A stretch of 64,000 bases of DNA from Centroscyllium fabricii (lineage: Eukaryota), in NCBI GenBank assembly GCA_051313645.2, contig JBNRSN020000003.1:557752001-557816000 (forward strand), in the 5' to 3' direction. The notes beneath the pieces were generated by a model, which searched no databases, had not been told where the DNA came from, and saw nothing but the letters and a program-made list of their open reading frames with translations. Both the position numbers and the translations under genes were made by a program. This document shows, piece after piece, positions 62,115-64,000 of the stretch; positions within the stretch are counted from its first letter, which is position 1; each line of letters opens with the position of its first letter.

Positions 62115-62933
62115 ATCATAGAATCATAGAAGATAGGAGCAGGAGTAGGCCATTCAGCCCTTCGAGCCTGCTCCGCCATTCAACGAGATCATGGCTGATC
62201 TTTAGCAAGCTAGTACCCCGTCCCCGCCTTTTCTCCATAACCTTTAATCCCTTTAGCTTGAAGAAATATATCCAATTCCCTCTTGAATATGTTTAATGAA
62301 CTGGCCTCCACCGCCCTCTGTGGCAGGGAATTCCACAGGCCCACCACTCTCTGAGTGAAGAAATTCTTCCTCATGTCTGTCCTAAATGGTTTACCCCTTA
62401 TCCTTAGACTGTGGCCCCTGGTTCTGGACTCCCCCGCCATTGGAAACATTCTCGCTGAATCTAACCTGTCCAGACCTTTCAGAATTTTATACGTCTCAAT
62501 GAGATCGCCTCTCAATCTTCTAAACTCCAACGAGTACAAGCCCAGACTACACAATCTCTCTTCGTAGGTCATTCCTGCCATTCCAGGAATCAGCCTGGTG
62601 AAACGCCGCTGCACTCCTTCCATGGCAAGAACATCCTTCCTCAGGCGAGGCGACCAGAACTGTACACAATACTCGAGGTGTGGTCTCACCAGTGCCTTGT
62701 ACAGCTGCAGTAAGGTATCCTTATTCCTATACTCGAACCCTCTTGATATGAAGGCCAACATACCATTTGCCTTCCCAACCGCCTGCTGCACCTGCGTGCT
62801 CGCCTTCAGCGACTGGTGCACAAGAACACCCAGGTCTCTCTGCACCTCCCCATCTCCCAATCTATTGCCATTTAAGTAGTAATCTACCCTCCTGTTTTTG
62901 CCCCCAAAGTGGATAACCTCACATTTATCCACC
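62115..62933 (-). mobile_element. Young CR1 3' fragment, near-identical to 38297-39105
   Basis: ORF 62210-62930 is almost the same protein as 38392-39045. Confidence 0.92.
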
Positions 62934-63644
62934 AATATCCAACAATAACTAATCAAAGCTAGTCCTTCGCCTCCTCCTTCAGCCAAAGGATCAGTGGTGC
63001 AGCCGGTAGCTTCTCCTTGACCTACTGCTCTAGAATCAGCCAGCAGGAGACCCCTGGAATGAAGCTTGAGCTTGCCTCAAAATCTTACGAGTAAAGCATT
63101 CAGCTTGAGGGAGTTTCTATCCAGTGATCCCAACACCCAAATAGTTTCAATTAGCAGTCACCATTTGACAAAATAAGATTTAGAGGTTGGCAGAGATCAA
63201 TCATGTTAATTTGGTTTAACTTTAGCTCACAAGCTTAACAATTCAGTAATAAGCATACAAATAATTGCTTCCTAAATATTCAATGCTTATTTCACAAAAC
63301 GCACATTAAAATATAGACCTTTAAAAGGACAAATATCTACTGGTATCTGATAAGAGCCATAGCTTAATTTGTGCCAATAATAAATGATGATTTACCAACA
63401 CAAATAGCTCAATTACTGGATAAAACATGTTTTGTAATTTAGTATCAATAGCACATGTTGCTACATTTAATTTTATTTTTATACAAATATATTCATAATG
63501 ATTGGTGAAGATGTCTGCACACTTCTAAACAATATACATAATTTATCTATATTCTGCCATTGCCAGCACCCAAATGCCACATAACAGAGGCCCACATTAG
63601 GAATGTGCAGATTTCCCTTTGCTTATTTTAAAATAAATATAGCA

Positions 63645-64000
63645 TTGCATCGAGTCTACAGCACAGAAACAGGCCATTCTGCCCAACGCCGATAGGTATG
63701 CTCCACACGAGCCTCCTCCCACCCTTCGATTCCTTTCTCCCTCACGTACCAATCAACCTTCCCCTGAAATGTATCTCTGCTATTCGCCTCAGCCTCATCT
63801 TGTGGGAGTGAGTTCCACATTCTCAGCATTCGCTGGGTAAAGTAGTTTCTCCTGAATTCCCCATTGGATACATGAGTGACTCTCTTATATTTATGGCCCC
63901 TGGTTCTGGTCTCCCCACAAGTGGAAACATCTTCTCTGTGTCGACCCTATCGACCCCTTCATAATTTTGAAGACCTCGATCAGGTCTCCCCTCAGCCTTC
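63645..64000 (-). mobile_element. Degraded CR1 3' end (runs off the window)
   Basis: Typical CR1 3' region (TATGGCCCCTGGTTCTGGTCTCCCC). Confidence 0.7.

Overview
Vertebrate genomic DNA, most likely a cartilaginous fish (shark), judged from the HE1/V-SINE, DeuSINE and shark-type CR1 repertoire. There is no prokaryotic content and no CRISPR array. The window lies inside a single minus-strand gene, MPHOSPH9 (M-phase phosphoprotein 9). I traced 12 consecutive internal coding exons (62058 down to 5700), all with GT-AG boundaries and compatible phases. The introns, especially one of about 31 kb (9585-40802), are packed with nested transposons: CR1 and L2 LINEs, two young Rex1/Babar LINEs, Penelope-like elements with minimal hammerhead motifs, two Gypsy LTR retrotransposons, three solo LTRs, hAT-, Tc1/mariner- and Harbinger-like MITEs, SINEs, and a 3.4 kb satellite built from a CR1 3' end. 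Four observations stand out: (1) a full-length Gypsy element with no tRNA primer-binding site, whose PBS position is perfectly complementary to its own LTR and whose RT reads YLDN, making it a candidate self-priming lineage; (2) a 5S-rRNA-derived SINE with a Rex1-like tail; (3) the CR1-tail satellite with higher-order structure; (4) a Penelope insertion sitting in an MPHOSPH9 splice-acceptor tract. Family assignments come from motif recall, not database searches, and the ends of degraded elements are approximate.
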